Shown here piece after piece: positions 14,261-28,177 of a stretch of DNA of 64,000 bases. Within the stretch, counting starts at the first letter, position 1. Each line of letters opens with the position of its first letter. This DNA is from the human T2T-CHM13v2.0 reference genome, Homo sapiens. The position numbers and the translations under genes were made by a program. Location: NCBI RefSeq assembly GCF_009914755.1, contig NC_060936.1. One strand, 5' to 3'. The notes beneath the pieces were generated by a model. That model saw only the letters and a list, made by a program, of their open reading frames with translations. It did no database searches and was not told the DNA's origin.

Positions 14261-15616
14261 CTTTACAAAGACAGTGTCTCCAAACTCCTCCATCAAAAGA
14301 AAGGTTATACTCTGTGAATTGAACGCACACATCACAAAGTAGTTTCTGAGAATGATTCTGTCTAGTTTTTATACGAAGATATTTCCTTTTCTACATTTGG
14401 CCTAAAAGCGCTTGAAGTCTCCACCTGCAAATATCACAAAAAGAGGGTTTCACATCTGCTCTGTCTAAAGGACAGATCACCTTTGTGAGTTGAATAGAGG
14501 CAACACAAAGAACTTACTCAGTATTCTTCTTTCTAGCGTTCTATGAAGAAATCCCGTTTCCAACGAAGGCCCCAAAGAGGTCCAAATATCTGCTTGCAGA
14601 CTTTACAGACAGAGTGTTTCCAAACTACTCTATGAAAAGAAAGCTTAAACTCCTTGAGTTGAACGCACACATCACAAAGTAGTTTCTGAGAATGATTCTG
14701 TCTAGTTTTTATACGAAGATGTTTCCTTTTCTACATTTGGTCTCAAAGCGATTGAAATCTCCAACTGGAAACTGCACAAATAGGGTGTTTCAAATCTGCT
14801 CTGTCTAAAGGAAGGTTCAACTCTGTGAGTTGAATACACACACCACAAATAAGTTACTGAGAATTCTTCTGTCGAACATTAGTTGAAGAAATCCCGTTTC
14901 CAACGAAGGCCTCAAAGAGGTCCAAATATCCACTTGCAGACATTAGAAAAAGAGTGTTTCCAAACTGCTCCATCAAAAGAAAGGTTAAACTCTGTGAGCT
15001 GAACACACACATCAAAAAGAAGTTTCTGTGAATGATTCTGTCAAGATTTTATAAGATGTTTCCATTTCTACCGTAGGACTCAAAGCGCTTGAAATCTCCA
15101 GCTGCAAATTCCACAAAAAGGGTGTTTAACATCTGCTCTTCTAAAGGAAAGTTCAACTCTATGAGTTGAATACACACAGCACAAAGAAGTTACTGAGACT
15201 TCTCCTATCAAACATTATATGAAGAAATCCCGTTTCCAACGAAGGCCTCAAAGAGGTCCAAATATCTGCTTGCAGACTTTAAAGACAGAGTTTTTCCAAA
15301 CTGCTCCATCAAAAGAAAGGTTAAACTCCTTGAGTTGAACACACACATCACAAAGTAGTTTCTGTGAATGATTCTGTCTAGTTTTTATACGAAGATGTTT
15401 CCTTTTCTACCTTTGGTCTCAAAGCGATTGAAATCTCCACATGGAAACTCCACAAAAAGAGTGTTTCAAATCTGCTCTTTCTGAAGGAAGGTTCAACTCT
15501 GTGAGTTGAATACACACACCACAAATAAGTTACTGAGAATTCTTCTGTGTAACATTATATGAGGAAATCCCGTTTCCAACGAAGGCCTCAAAGAGGTCCA
15601 AATATCCACTTGCAGA

Positions 15617-16632
15617 CTTTACAAAGACAGTGTCTCCAAACTCCTCCATCAAAAGAAAGGTTATACTCTGTGAATTGAACGCACACATCACAAAGTAGTT
15701 TCTGAGAATGATTCTGTCTAGTTTTTATACGAAGATATTTCCTTTTCTACATTTGGCCTAAAAGCGCTTGAAATCTCCACCTGCAAATATCACAAAAAGA
15801 GGGTTTCACATCTGTTCTGTCTAAAGGACAGTTCACCTCTGTGAGTTGGGTAGAGGCAACACAAAGAACTTACTCAGTATTCTTCTTTCTAGCGTTCTAT
15901 GAAGAAATCACGTTTCCAACGAAGGCGCCAAAGAGGTCCAAATATCTGCTTGCAGACTTTACAGACAGAGTGTTTCCAAACTACTCTATGAAAAGAAAGC
16001 TTAAACTTCTTGAGTTGAACGCACACATCACAAAGTAGTTTCTGAGAATGATTCTGTCTAGTTTTTATACGAAGATGTTTCCTTTTCTACATTTGGTCTC
16101 AAAGCGATTGAAATCTCCAACTGGAAACTGCACAAATAGGGTGTTTCAAATCTGCTCTGTCTAAAGGAAGGTTCAACTCTTTGAGTTGAATACACACACC
16201 ACAAATAAGTTACTGAGAATTCTTCTGTCGAACATTACTTGAAGAAATCCCGTTTCCAACGAAGGCCTCAAAGAGGTCCAAATATCCACTTGCAGACATT
16301 ACAAACAGAGTGTTTCCAAACTGCTCCATCAAAACAAAGGTTAAACTCTGTGAGCTGAACACACACATCAAAAAGAAGTTTCTGTGAATGATTCTGTCAA
16401 GATTTTATAAGATGTTTCCTTTTCTACCGTAGGACTCAAAGCGCTTGAAATCTCCAGCTGCAAATTCCACAAAAAGGGTGTTTAACATCTGCTCTTCTAA
16501 AGGAAAGTTCAACTCAATGAGTTGAATACACACAGCCCAAAGAAGTTACTGAGACTTCTCCTATCAAACATTATATGAAGAAATCCCGTTTCCAACGAAG
16601 GCCTCAAAGAGGTCCAAATATCTGCTTGCAGA
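15617..16632 (-). repeat. 6-mer HOR variant (ABC) with 3-bp deletion in C, 1016 bp
   Basis: C to A junction at 16633; C reads ttttataagatg instead of ttttataagaagatg. Confidence 0.9.
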
Positions 16633-19007
16633 CTTTACAAAGACAGTGTCTCCAAACTCCTCCATCAAAAGAAAGGTTATACTCTGTGAATTGAACGCAC
16701 ACATCACAAAGTAGTTTCTGAGAATGATTCTGTCTAGTTTTTATACGAAGATATTTCCTTTTCTACATTTGGCCTAAAAGCGCTTGAAGTCTCCACCTGC
16801 AAATATCACAAAAAGAGGGTTTCACATCTGCTCTGTCTAAAGGACAGTTCACCTTTGTGAGTTGAATAGAGGCAACACAAAGAACTTACTCAGTATTCTT
16901 CTTTCTAGCGTTCTATGAAGAAATCCCGTTTCCAACGAAGGCCCCAAAGAGGTCCAAATATCTGCTTGCAGACTTTACAGACAGAGTGTTTCCAAACTAC
17001 TCTATGAAAAGAAAGCTTAAACTCCTTGAGTTGAACGCACACATCACAAAGTAGTTTCTGAGAATGATTCTGTCTAGTTTTTATACGAAGATGTTTCCTT
17101 TTCTACATTTGGTCTCAAAGCGATTGAAATCTCCAACTGGAAACTGCACAAATAGGGTGTTTCAAATCTGCTCTGTCTAAAGGAAGGTTCAACTCTGTGA
17201 GTTGAATACACACACCACAAATAAGTTACTGAGAATTCTTCTGTCGAACATTACTTGAAGAAATCCCGTTTCCAACGAAGGCCTCAAAGAGGTCCAAATA
17301 TCCACTTGCAGACATTAGAAAAAGAGTGTTTCCAAACTGCTCCATCAAAAGAAAGGTTAAACTCTGTGAGCTGAACACACACATCAAAAAGAAGTTTCTG
17401 TGAATGATTCTGTCAAGATTTTATAAGATGTTTCCATTTCTACCGTAGGACTCAAAGCGCTTGAAATCTCCAGCTGCAAATTCCACAAAAAGGGTGTTTA
17501 ACATCTGCTCTTCTAAAGGAAAGTTCAACTCTATGAGTTGAATACACACAGCACAAAGAAGTTACTGAGACTTCTCCTATCAAACATTATATGAAGAAAT
17601 CCCGTTTCCAACGAAGGCCTCAAAGAGGTCCAAATATCTGCTTGCAGACTTTAAAGACAGAGTTTTTCCAAACTGCTCCATCAAAAGAAAGGTTAAACTC
17701 CTTGAGTTGAACACACACATCACAAAGTAGTTTCTGTGAATGATTCTGTCTAGTTTTTATACGAAGATGTTTCCTTTTCTACCTTTGGTCTCAAAGCGAT
17801 TGAAATCTCCACATGGAAACTCCACAAAAAGAGTGTTTCAAATCTGCTCTTTCTGAAGGAAGGTTCAACTCTGTGAGTTGAATACACACACCACAAATAA
17901 GTTACTGAGAATTCTTCTGTGTAACATTATATGAGGAAATCCCGTTTCCAACGAAGGCCTCAAAGAGGTCCAAATATCCACTTGCAGACTTTACAAAGAC
18001 AGTGTCTCCAAACTCCTCCATCAAAAGAAAGGTTATACTCTGTGAATTGAACGCACACATCACAAAGTAGTTTCTGAGAATGATTCTGTCTAGTTTTTAT
18101 ACGAAGATATTTCCTTTTCTACATTTGGCCTAAAAGCGCTTGAAATCTCCACCTGCAAATATCACAAAAAGAGGGTTTCACATCTGTTCTGTCTAAAGGA
18201 CAGTTCACCTCTGTGAGTTGAGTAGAGGCAACACAAAGAACTTACTCAGTATTCTTCTTTCTAGCGTTCTATGAAGAAATCACGTTTCCAACGAAGGCCC
18301 CAAAGAGGTCCAAATATCTGCTTGCAGACTTTACAGACAGAGTGTTTCCAAACTACTCTATGAAAAGAAAGCTTAAACTTCTTGAGTTGAACGCACACAT
18401 CACAAAGTAGTTTCTGAGAATGATTCTGTCTAGTTTTTATACGAAGATGTTTCCTTTTCTACATTTGGTCTCAAAGCGATTGAAATCTCCAACTGGAAAC
18501 TGCACAAATAGGGTGTTTCAAATCTGCTCTGTCTAAAGGAAGGTTCAACTCTTTGAGTTGAATACACACACCACAAATAAGTTACTGAGAATTCTTCTGT
18601 CGAACATTACTTGAAGAAATCCCGTTTCCAACGAAGGCCTCAAAGAGGTCCAAATATCCACTTGCAGACATTACAAACAGAGTGTTTCCAAACTGCTCCA
18701 TCAAAACAAAGGTTAAACTCTGTGAGCTGAACACACACATCAAAAAGAAGTTTCTGTGAATGATTCTGTCTAGATTTTATAAGAAGATGTTTCCTTTTCT
18801 ACCGTAGGCCTCAAAGTGCTTGAAATCTCCAGCTGCAAATTCCACAAAAAGGGTGTTTAACATCTGCTCTTCTAAAGGAAAGTTCAACTCAATGAGTTGA
18901 ATACACACAGCCCAAAGAAGTTACTGAGACTTCTCCTATCAAACATTATATGAAGAAATCCCGTTTCCAACGAAGGCCTCAAAGAGGACCAAATATCCAC
19001 TTGCAGA

Positions 19008-19347
19008 CATTACAAACAGAGTGTTTCCAAACTGTTCCATCAAAAGAAAGATTAAACTCTGTGAGCTGAACACACACATGAAAAAGTAGTTTCTGTGAAT
19101 GATTCTGTCTAGATTTTATACGAAGATGTTTCCTTTTCTACCTTTGGTCTCAATGCGATTGAAATCTCCACATGGAAACTCCACAAAAAGTGTGTTTCAA
19201 ATCTGCTCTTTCTGAAGGAAGGTTCAACTCTGTGAGTTGAATAAACACACCACAAATAAGTTACTGAGAATTCTTCTGTGTAACATTATATGAGGAAATC
19301 CCGTTTCCAATGAAGGCCTCAAAGAGGTCCAAATATCCACTTGCAGA
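19008..19347 (-). repeat. Chimeric C/D dimer
   Basis: The first ~110 bp are C-type (cattacaaac, ctgtgagctg, ctagatttta) and the remainder D-type (tacctttggtctc, cacatggaaactcc). Confidence 0.88.
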
Positions 19348-21725
19348 CTTTACAAAGACAGTGTCTCCAAACTCCTCCATCAAAAGAAAGGTTATACTCT
19401 GTGAATTGAACGCACACATCACAAAGTAGTTTCTGAGAATGATTCTGTCTAGTTTTTATACGAAGATATTTCCTTTTCTACATTTGGCCTAAAAGCGCTT
19501 GAAATCTCCACCTGCAAATATCACAAAAAGAGGGTTTCACATCTGCTCTGTCTAAAGGACAGTTCACCTCTGTGAGTTGAATAGAGGCAACACAAAGAAC
19601 TTACTCAGTATTCTTCTTTCTAGCGTTCTATGAAGAAATCCCGTTTCCAACGAAGGCCCCAAAGAGGTCCAAATATCTGCTTGCACACTTTACAGACAGA
19701 GTGTTTCCAAACTACTCCATGAAAAGAAAGCTTAAACTCCTTGAGTTGAACGCACACATCACAAAGTAGTTTCTGAGAATGATTCTGTCCAGTTTTTATA
19801 CGAAGATGTTTCCTTTTCTACATTTGGTCTCAAAGCGATTGAAATCTCCAACTGGAAACTGCACAAATACGGTGTTTCAAATCTGCTCTGTCTAAAGGAA
19901 GGTTCAACTCTGTGAGTTGAATACACACACCACAAATAAGTTACTGAGAATTCTTCTGTCGAACATTACTTGAAGAAATCCCGTTTCCAACGAAGGCCTC
20001 AAAGAGGTCCAAATATTCACTTGCAGATATTACAAACAGAGTGTTTCCAAACTGCTCCATCAAAAGAAAGGTTAAACTCTGTGAGCTGAACACACACATC
20101 AAAAACAAGTTTCTGTGAATGATTCTGTCTAGATTTTATAAGAAGATGTTTCCTTTTCTACCGTAGGACTCAAAGCGCTTGAAATCTCCAGCTGCAAATT
20201 CCACAAAAAGGGTGTTTAACATCTGCTCTTCTAAAGGAAAGTTCAACTCTATGAGTTGAATACACACAGCACAAAGAAGTTACTGAGACTTCTCCTATCA
20301 AACATTATATGAAGAAATCCCGTTTCCAACGAAGGCCTCAAAGAGGTCCAAATATCTGCTTGCAGACTTTAAAGACAGAGTTTTTCCAAACTGCTCCATC
20401 AAAAGAAAGGTTAAACTCCTTGAGTTGAACACACACATCACAAAGTAGTTTCTGTGAATGATTCTGTCTAGTTTTTATACGAAGATGTTTCCTTTTCTAG
20501 CTTTGGTCTCAAAGCGATTGAAATCTCCACATGGAAACTCCACAAAAAGAGTGTTTCAAATCTGCTGTTTCTGAAGGAAGGTTCAACTCTGTGAGTTGAA
20601 TACACGCACCACAAATAAGTTACTGGGAATTCTTCTGTGTAAAATTATATGAGGAAATCCCGTTTCCAACGAAGGCCTCAAAGAGGTCCAAATATCCACT
20701 TGCAGACTTTACAAAGACAGTGTCTCCAAACTCCTCCATCAAAAGAAAGGTTATACTCTGTGAATTGAACGCACACATCACAAAGTAGTTTCTGAGAATG
20801 ATTCTGTCTAGTTTTTATACGAAGATATTTCCTTTTCTACATTTGGCCTAAAAGCGCTTGAAATCTCCACCTGCAAATATCACAAAAAGAGGGTTTCACA
20901 TCTGCTCTGTCTAAAGGACAGTTCACCTCTGTGAGTTGAATAGAGGCAACACAAAGAACTTACTGAGTATTCTTCTTTCTAGCGTTCTATGAAGAAATCC
21001 CGTTTCCAACGAAGGCCCCAATGAGGTCCAAATATCTGCTTGCAGACTTTACAGACAGAGTGTTTCCAAACTACTCTATGAAAAGAAAGCTTAAACTCCT
21101 TGAGTTGAACGCACACATCACAAAGTAGTTTCTGAGAATGATTCTGTCTAGTTTTTATACGAAGATGTTTCCTTTTCTACATTTGGTCTCAAAGCGATTG
21201 AAATCTCCAACTGGAAACTGCACAAATAGGGTGTTTCAAATCTGCTCTGTCTAAAGGAAGGTTCAACTCTGTGAGTTGAATACACACACCACAAATAAGT
21301 TACTGAGAATTCTTCTGTCGAACATTACTTGAAGAAATCCCTTTTCCAACGAAGGCCTCAAAGAGGTCCAAATATCCACTTGCAGACATTACAAACAGAG
21401 TGTTTCCAAACTGCTCCATCAAAAGAAAGGTTAAACTCTGTGAGCTGAACACACACATCAAAAAGAAGTTTCTGTGAATGATTCTGTCTAGATTTTATAA
21501 GAAGATGTTTCCTTTTCTACCGTAGGCCTCAAAGCGCTTGAAATCTCCAGCTGCAAATTCCACAAAAAGGGTGTTTAACATCTGCTCTTCTAAAGGAAAG
21601 TTCAACTCAATGAGTTGAATACACACAGCAGAAAGAAGTTACTGAGACTTCTCCTATCAAACATTATATGAAGAAATCCCGTTTCCAACGAAGGCCTCAA
21701 AGAGGTCCAAATATCTGCTTGCAGA

Positions 21726-22065
21726 CTTTACAAAGACAGTGTCTCCAAACTCCTCCATCAAAAGAAAGGTTAAACTCCTTGAGTTGAACACACACATCAC
21801 AAAGTAGTTTCTGTGAATGATTCTGTCTAGTTTTTATACGAAGATGTTTCCTTTTCTACCTTTGGTCTCAAAGCGATTGAAATCTCCACATGGAAACTCC
21901 ACAAAAAGAGTGTTTCAAATCTGCTCTTTCTGAAGGAAGGTTCAACTCTGTGAGTTGAATACACACACCACAAATAAGTTACTGAGAATTCTTCTGTGTA
22001 ACATTATATGAGGAAATCCCGTTTCCAACGAAGGCCTCAAAGAGGTCCAAATATCCACTTGCAGA
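21726..22065 (-). repeat. Chimeric A/D dimer (second copy)
   Basis: Same A-start/D-body junction as at 6456. Confidence 0.88.
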
Positions 22066-23424
22066 CTTTTAAAAGACAGTGTCTCGAAACTCCTCCATCA
22101 AAAGAAAGGTTATACTCTGTGAATTGAACGCACACATCACAAAGTAGTTTCTGAGAATGATTCTGTCTAGTTTTTATACGAAGATATTTCCTTTTCTACA
22201 TTTGGCCTCAAAGCGCTTGAAATCTCCACCTGCAAATATCACAAAAAGAGGGTTTCACATCTGCTCTGTCTAAAGGACAGTTCACTTTTGTGAGTTGAAT
22301 AGAGGCAACACAAAGAACTTACTCAGTATTCTTCTTTCTAGCATTCTATGAAGAAATCCCGTTTCCAACGAAGGCCACAAAGAGGTCCAAATATCTGCTT
22401 GCCGACTTTACAGACAGAGTGTTTCCAAACTACTCTATGAAAAGAAAGCTTAAACTCCTTGAGTTGAACGCACACATCACAAAGTAGTTTCTGAGAATGA
22501 TTCTGTCTAGTTTTTATACGAAGATGTTTCCTTTTCTACATTTGGTCTCAAAGCGATTGAAATCTCCAACTGGAAACTGCACAAATAGGGTGTTTCAAAT
22601 CTGCTCTGTGTAAAGGAAGGTTCAACTCTGTGAGTTGAATACACACACCACAAATAAGTTACTGAGAATTCTTCTGTCGAACATTACTTGAAGAAATCCC
22701 GTTTCCAACGAAGGCCTCAAAGAGGTCCAAATATCCACTTGCAGACATTACAAACAGAGTGTTTCCAAACTGCTCCATCAAAAGAAAGGTTAAACTCTGT
22801 GAGCTGAACACACACATCAAAAAGAAGTTTCTGTGAATGATTCTGTCTAGATTTTATAAGAAGATGTTTCCTTTTCTACCGTAGGCCTCAAAGCGCTTGA
22901 AATCTCCAGCTGCAAATTCCACAAAAAGGGTGTTTAACATCTGCTCTTCTAAAGGAAAGTTCAACTCTATGCGTTGAATACACACAGCACAAAGAAGTTA
23001 CTGAGACTTCTCCTATCAAACATTATATGAAGAAATCCCGTTTCCAACGAAGGCCTCAAAGAGGTCCAAATATCTGCTTGCAGACTTTACAGACAGAGTT
23101 TTTCCAAACTGCTCCATCAAAAGAAAGGTTAAACTCCTTGAGTTGAACACACACATCACAAAGTAGTTTCTGTGAATGATTCTGTCTAGTTTCTATACGA
23201 AGATGTTTCCTTTTCTACCTTTGGTCTCAAAGCGATTGAAATCTCCACATGGAAACTCCACAAAAAGAGTGTTTCAAATCTGCTCTTTCTGAAGGAAGGT
23301 TCAACTCTCTGAGTTGAATACACACACCACAAATAAGTTACTGAGAATTCTTCTGTGTAACATTATATGAGGAAATCCCGTTTCCAACGAAGGCCTCAAA
23401 GAGGTCCAAATATCCACTTGCAGA

Positions 23425-24443
23425 CTTTACAAAGACAGTGTCTCCAAACTCCTCCATCAAAAGAAAGGTTATACTCTGTGAATTGAACGCACACATCACA
23501 AAGTAGTTTCTGAGAATGATTCTGTCTAGTTTTTATACGAAGATATTTCCTTTTCTACATTTGGCCTAAAAGCGCTTGAAATCTCCACCTGCAAATATCA
23601 CAAAAAGAGGGTTTCACATCTGCTCTGTCTAAAGGACAGTTCACCTCTGTGAGTTGAGTAGAGGCAACACAAAGAACTTACTCAGTATTCTTCTTTCCAG
23701 CGTTCTATGAAGAAATCACGTTTGCAACGAAGGCCCCAGTGAGGTCCAAATATCTGCTTGCAGACTTTACAGACAGAGTGTTTCCAAACTACTCTATGAA
23801 AAGAAAGCTTAAACTCCTTGAGTTGAACGCACACATCACAAAGTAGTTTCTGAGAATGATTCTGTCTAGTTTTTATACGAAGATGTTTCCTTTTCTACAT
23901 TTGGTCTCAAAGCGATTGAAATCTCCAACTGGAAACTGCACAAATAGGGTGTTTCAAATCTGCTCTGTCTAAAGGAAGGTTCAACTCTTTGAGTTGAATA
24001 CACACACCACAAATAAGTTACTGAGAATTCTTCTGTCGAACATTACTTGAAGAAATCCCGTTTCCAACGAAGGCCTCAAAGAGGTCCAAATATCCACTTG
24101 CAGACATTACAAACAGAGTGTTTCCAAACTGCTCCATCAAAAGAAAGGTTAAACTCTGTGAGCTGAACACACACATCAAAAAGAAGTTTCTGTGAATGAT
24201 TCTGTCTAGATTTTATAAGAAGATGTTTCCTTTTCTACCGTAGGCCTCAAAGTGCTTGAATTCTCCAGCTGCAAATTCCACAAAAAGGGTGTTTAACATC
24301 TGCTCTTCTAAAGGAAAGTTCAACTCAATGAGTTGAATACACACAGCCCAAAGAAGTTACTGAGACTTCTCCTATCAAACATTATATGAAGAAATCCCGT
24401 TTCCAACGAAGGCCTCAAAGAGGTCCAAATATATGCTTGCAGA
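23425..24443 (-). repeat. 6-mer HOR variant (ABC)
   Basis: C to A junction at 24444. Confidence 0.9.
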
Positions 24444-25799
24444 CTTTACAAAGACAGTGTCTCCAAACTCCTCCATCAAAAGAAAGGTTATACTCTGTGA
24501 ATTGAACGCACACATCACAAAGTAGTTTCTGAGAATGATTCTGTCTAGTTTTTATACGAAGATATTTCCTTTTCTACATTTGGCCTAAAAGCGCTTGAAG
24601 TCTCCACCTGCAAATATCACAAAAAGAGGGTTTCACATCTGCTCTGTCTAAAGGACAGTTCACCTTTGTGAGTTGAATAGAGGCAACACAAAGAACTTAC
24701 TCAGTATTCTTCTTTCTAGCGTTCTATGAAGAAATCCCGTTTCCAACGAAGGCCCCAAAGTGGTCCAAATATCTGCTTGCAGACTTTACAGACAGAGTGT
24801 TTCCAAACTACTCTATGAAAAGAAAGCTTAAACTCCTTGAGTTGAACGCACACATCACAAAGTAGTTTCTGAGAATGATTCTGTCTAGTTTTTATACGAA
24901 GATGTTTCCTTTTCTACATTTGGTCTCAAAGCGATTGAAATCTCCAACTGGAAACTGCACAAATAGGGTGTTTCAAATCTGCTCTGTCTAAAGGAAGGTT
25001 CAACTCTGTGAGTTGAATACACACACCACAAATAAGTTACTGAGAATTCTTCTGTCGAACATTACTTGAAGAAATCCCGTTTCCAACGAAGGCCTCAAAG
25101 AGGTCCAAATATCCACTTGCAGACATTACAAACAGAGTGTTTCCAAACTGCTCCATCAAAAGAAAGGTTAAACTCTGTGAGCTGAACACACACATCAAAA
25201 AGAAGTTTCTGTGAATGATTCTGTCAAGATTTTATAAGATGTTTCCATTTCTACCGTAGGACTCAAAGCGCTTGAAATCTCCAGCTGCAAATTCCACAAA
25301 AAGGGTGTTTAACATCTGCTCTTCTAAAGGAAAGTTCAACTCTATGAGTTGAATACACACAGCACAAAGAAGTTACTGAGACTTCTCCTATCAAACATTA
25401 TATGAAGAAATCCCGTTTCCAACGAAGGCCTCAAAGAGGTCCAAATATCTGCTTGCAGACTTTAAAGACAGAGTTTTTCCAAACTGCTCCATCAAAAGAA
25501 AGGTTAAACTCCTTGAGTTGAACACACACATCACAAAGTAGTTTCTGTGAATGATTCTGTCTAGTTTTTATACGAAGATGTTTCCTTTTCTACCTTTGGT
25601 CTCAAAGCGATTGAAATCTCCACATGGAAACTCCACAAAAAGAGTGTTTCAAATCTGCTCTTTCTGAAGGAAGGTTCAACTCTCTGAGTTGAATACACAC
25701 ACCACAAATAAGTTACTGAGAATTCTTCTGTGTAACATTATATGAGGAAATCCCGTTTCCAACGAAGGCCTCAAAGAGGTCCAAATATCCACTTGCAGA

Positions 25800-26818
25800 C
25801 TTTACAAAGACAGTGTCTCCAAACTCCTCCATCAAAAGAAAGGTTATACTCTGTGAATTGAACGCACACATCACAAAGTAGTTTCTGAGAATGATTCTGT
25901 CTAGTTTTTATACGAAGATATTTCCTTTTCTACATTTGGCCTAAAAGCGCTTGAAATCTCCACCTGCAAATATCACAAAAAGAGGGTTTCACATCTGCTC
26001 TGTCTAAAGGACAGTTCACCTCTGTGAGTTGAGTAGAGGCAACACAAAGAACTTACTCAGTATTCTTCTTTCCAGCGTTCTATGAAGAAATCACGTTTGC
26101 AACGAAGGCCCCAGTGAGGTCCAAATATCTGCTTGCAGACTTTACAGACAGAGTGTTTCCAAACTACTCTATGAAAAGAAAGCTTAAACTCCTTGAGTTG
26201 AACGCACACATCACAAAGTAGTTTCTGAGAATGATTCTGTCTAGTTTTTATACGAAGATGTTTCCTTTTCTACATTTGGTCTCAAAGCGATTGAAATCTC
26301 CAACTGGAAACTGCACAAATAGGGTGTTTCAAATCTGCTCTGTCTAAAGGAAGGTTCAACTCTTTGAGTTGAATACACACACCACAAATAAGTTACTGAG
26401 AATTCTTCTGTCGAACATTACTTGAAGAAATCCCGTTTCCAACGAAGGCCTCAAAGAGGTCCAAATATCCACTTGCAGACATTACAAACAGAGTGTTTCC
26501 AAACTGCTCCATCAAAAGAAAGGTTAAACTCTGTGAGCTGAACACACACATCAAAAAGAAGTTTCTGTGAATGATTCTGTCTAGATTTTATAAGAAGATG
26601 TTTCCTTTTCTACCGTAGGCCTCAAAGTGCTTGAAATCTCCAGCTGCAAATTCCACAAAAAGGGTGTTTAACATCTGCTCTTCTAAAGGAAAGTTCAACT
26701 CAATGAGTTGAATACACACAGCCCAAAGAAGTTACTGAGACTTCTCCTATCAAACATTATATGAAGAAATCCCGTTTCCAACGAAGGCCTCAAAGAGGTC
26801 CAAATATCTGCTTGCAGA
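25800..26818 (-). repeat. 6-mer HOR variant (ABC)
   Basis: C to A junction at 26819. Confidence 0.9.
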
Positions 26819-27837
26819 CTTTACAAAGACAGTGTCTCCAAACTCCTCCATCAAAAGAAAGGTTATACTCTGTGAATTGAACGCACACATCACAAAGTAG
26901 TTTCTGAGAATGATTCTGTCTAGTTTTTATACGAAGATATTTCCTTTTCTACATTTGGCCTAAAAGCGCTTGAAGTCTCCACCTGCAAATATCACAAAAA
27001 GAGGGTTTCACATCTGCTCTGTCTAAAGGACAGTTCACCTTTGGGAGTTGAATAGAGGCAACACAAAGAACTTACTCAGTATTCTTCTTTCTAGCGTTCT
27101 ATGAAGAAATCCCGTTTCCAACGAAGGCCCCAAAGAGGTCCAAATATCTGCTTGCAGACTTTACAGACAGAGTGTTTCCAAACTACTCTATGAAAAGAAA
27201 GCTTAAACTCCTTGAGTTGAACGCACACATCACAAAGTAGTTTCTGAGAATGATTCTGTCTAGTTTTTATACGAAGATGTTTCCTTTTCTACATTTGGTC
27301 TCAAAGCGATTGAAATCTCCAACTGGAAACTGCACAAATAGGGTGTTTCAAATCTGCTCTGTCTAAAGGAAGGTTCAACTCTGTGTGTTGAATACACACA
27401 CCACAAATAAGTTACTGAGAATTCTTCTGTCGAACATTACTTGAAGAAATCCCGTTTCCAACGAAGGCCTCAAAGAGGTCCAAATATCCACTTGCAGACA
27501 TTACAAACAGAGTGTTTCCAAACTGCTCCATCAAAAGAAAGGTTAAACTCTGTGAGCTGAACACACACATCAAAAAGAAGTTTCTGTGAATGATTCTGTC
27601 TAGATTTTATAAGAACATATTTCCTTTTCTACCGTAGGCCACAAAGCGCTTGAAATCTCCAGCTGCAAATTCCACAAAAATGGTGTTTAACATCTGCTCT
27701 TCTAAAGGAAAGTTCAACTCTATGAGTTGAATACACACAGCACAAAGAAGTTACTGAGACTTCTCCTATCAAACATTATATGAAGAAATCCCGTTTCCAA
27801 CGAAGGCCCCAAAGAGGTCCAAATATCCACTTGCAGA

Positions 27838-28177
27838 CATTACAAACAGAGTGTTTCCAAACTGTTCCATCAAAAGAAAGATTAAACTCTGTGAGCTGAA
27901 CACACACATGAAAAAGAAGTTTCTGTGAATGATTCTGTCTAGATTTTATACGAAGATGTTTCCTTTTCTACCTTTGGTCTCAATGCGATTGAAATCTCCA
28001 CATGGAAACTCCACAAAAAGTGTGTTTCAAATCTGCTCTTTCTGAAGGAAGGTTCAACTCTGTGAGTTGAATAAACACACCACAAATAAGTTACTGAGAA
28101 TTCTTCTGTGTAACATTATATGAGGAAATCCCGTTTCCAACGAAGGCCTCAAAGAGGTCCAAATATCCACTTGCAGA
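27838..28177 (-). repeat. Chimeric C/D dimer
   Basis: Same markers as 19008 (actgttccat, aaagattaaa, acatgaaaa, caatgcg, aaaagtgtg, ataaacac). Confidence 0.88.
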
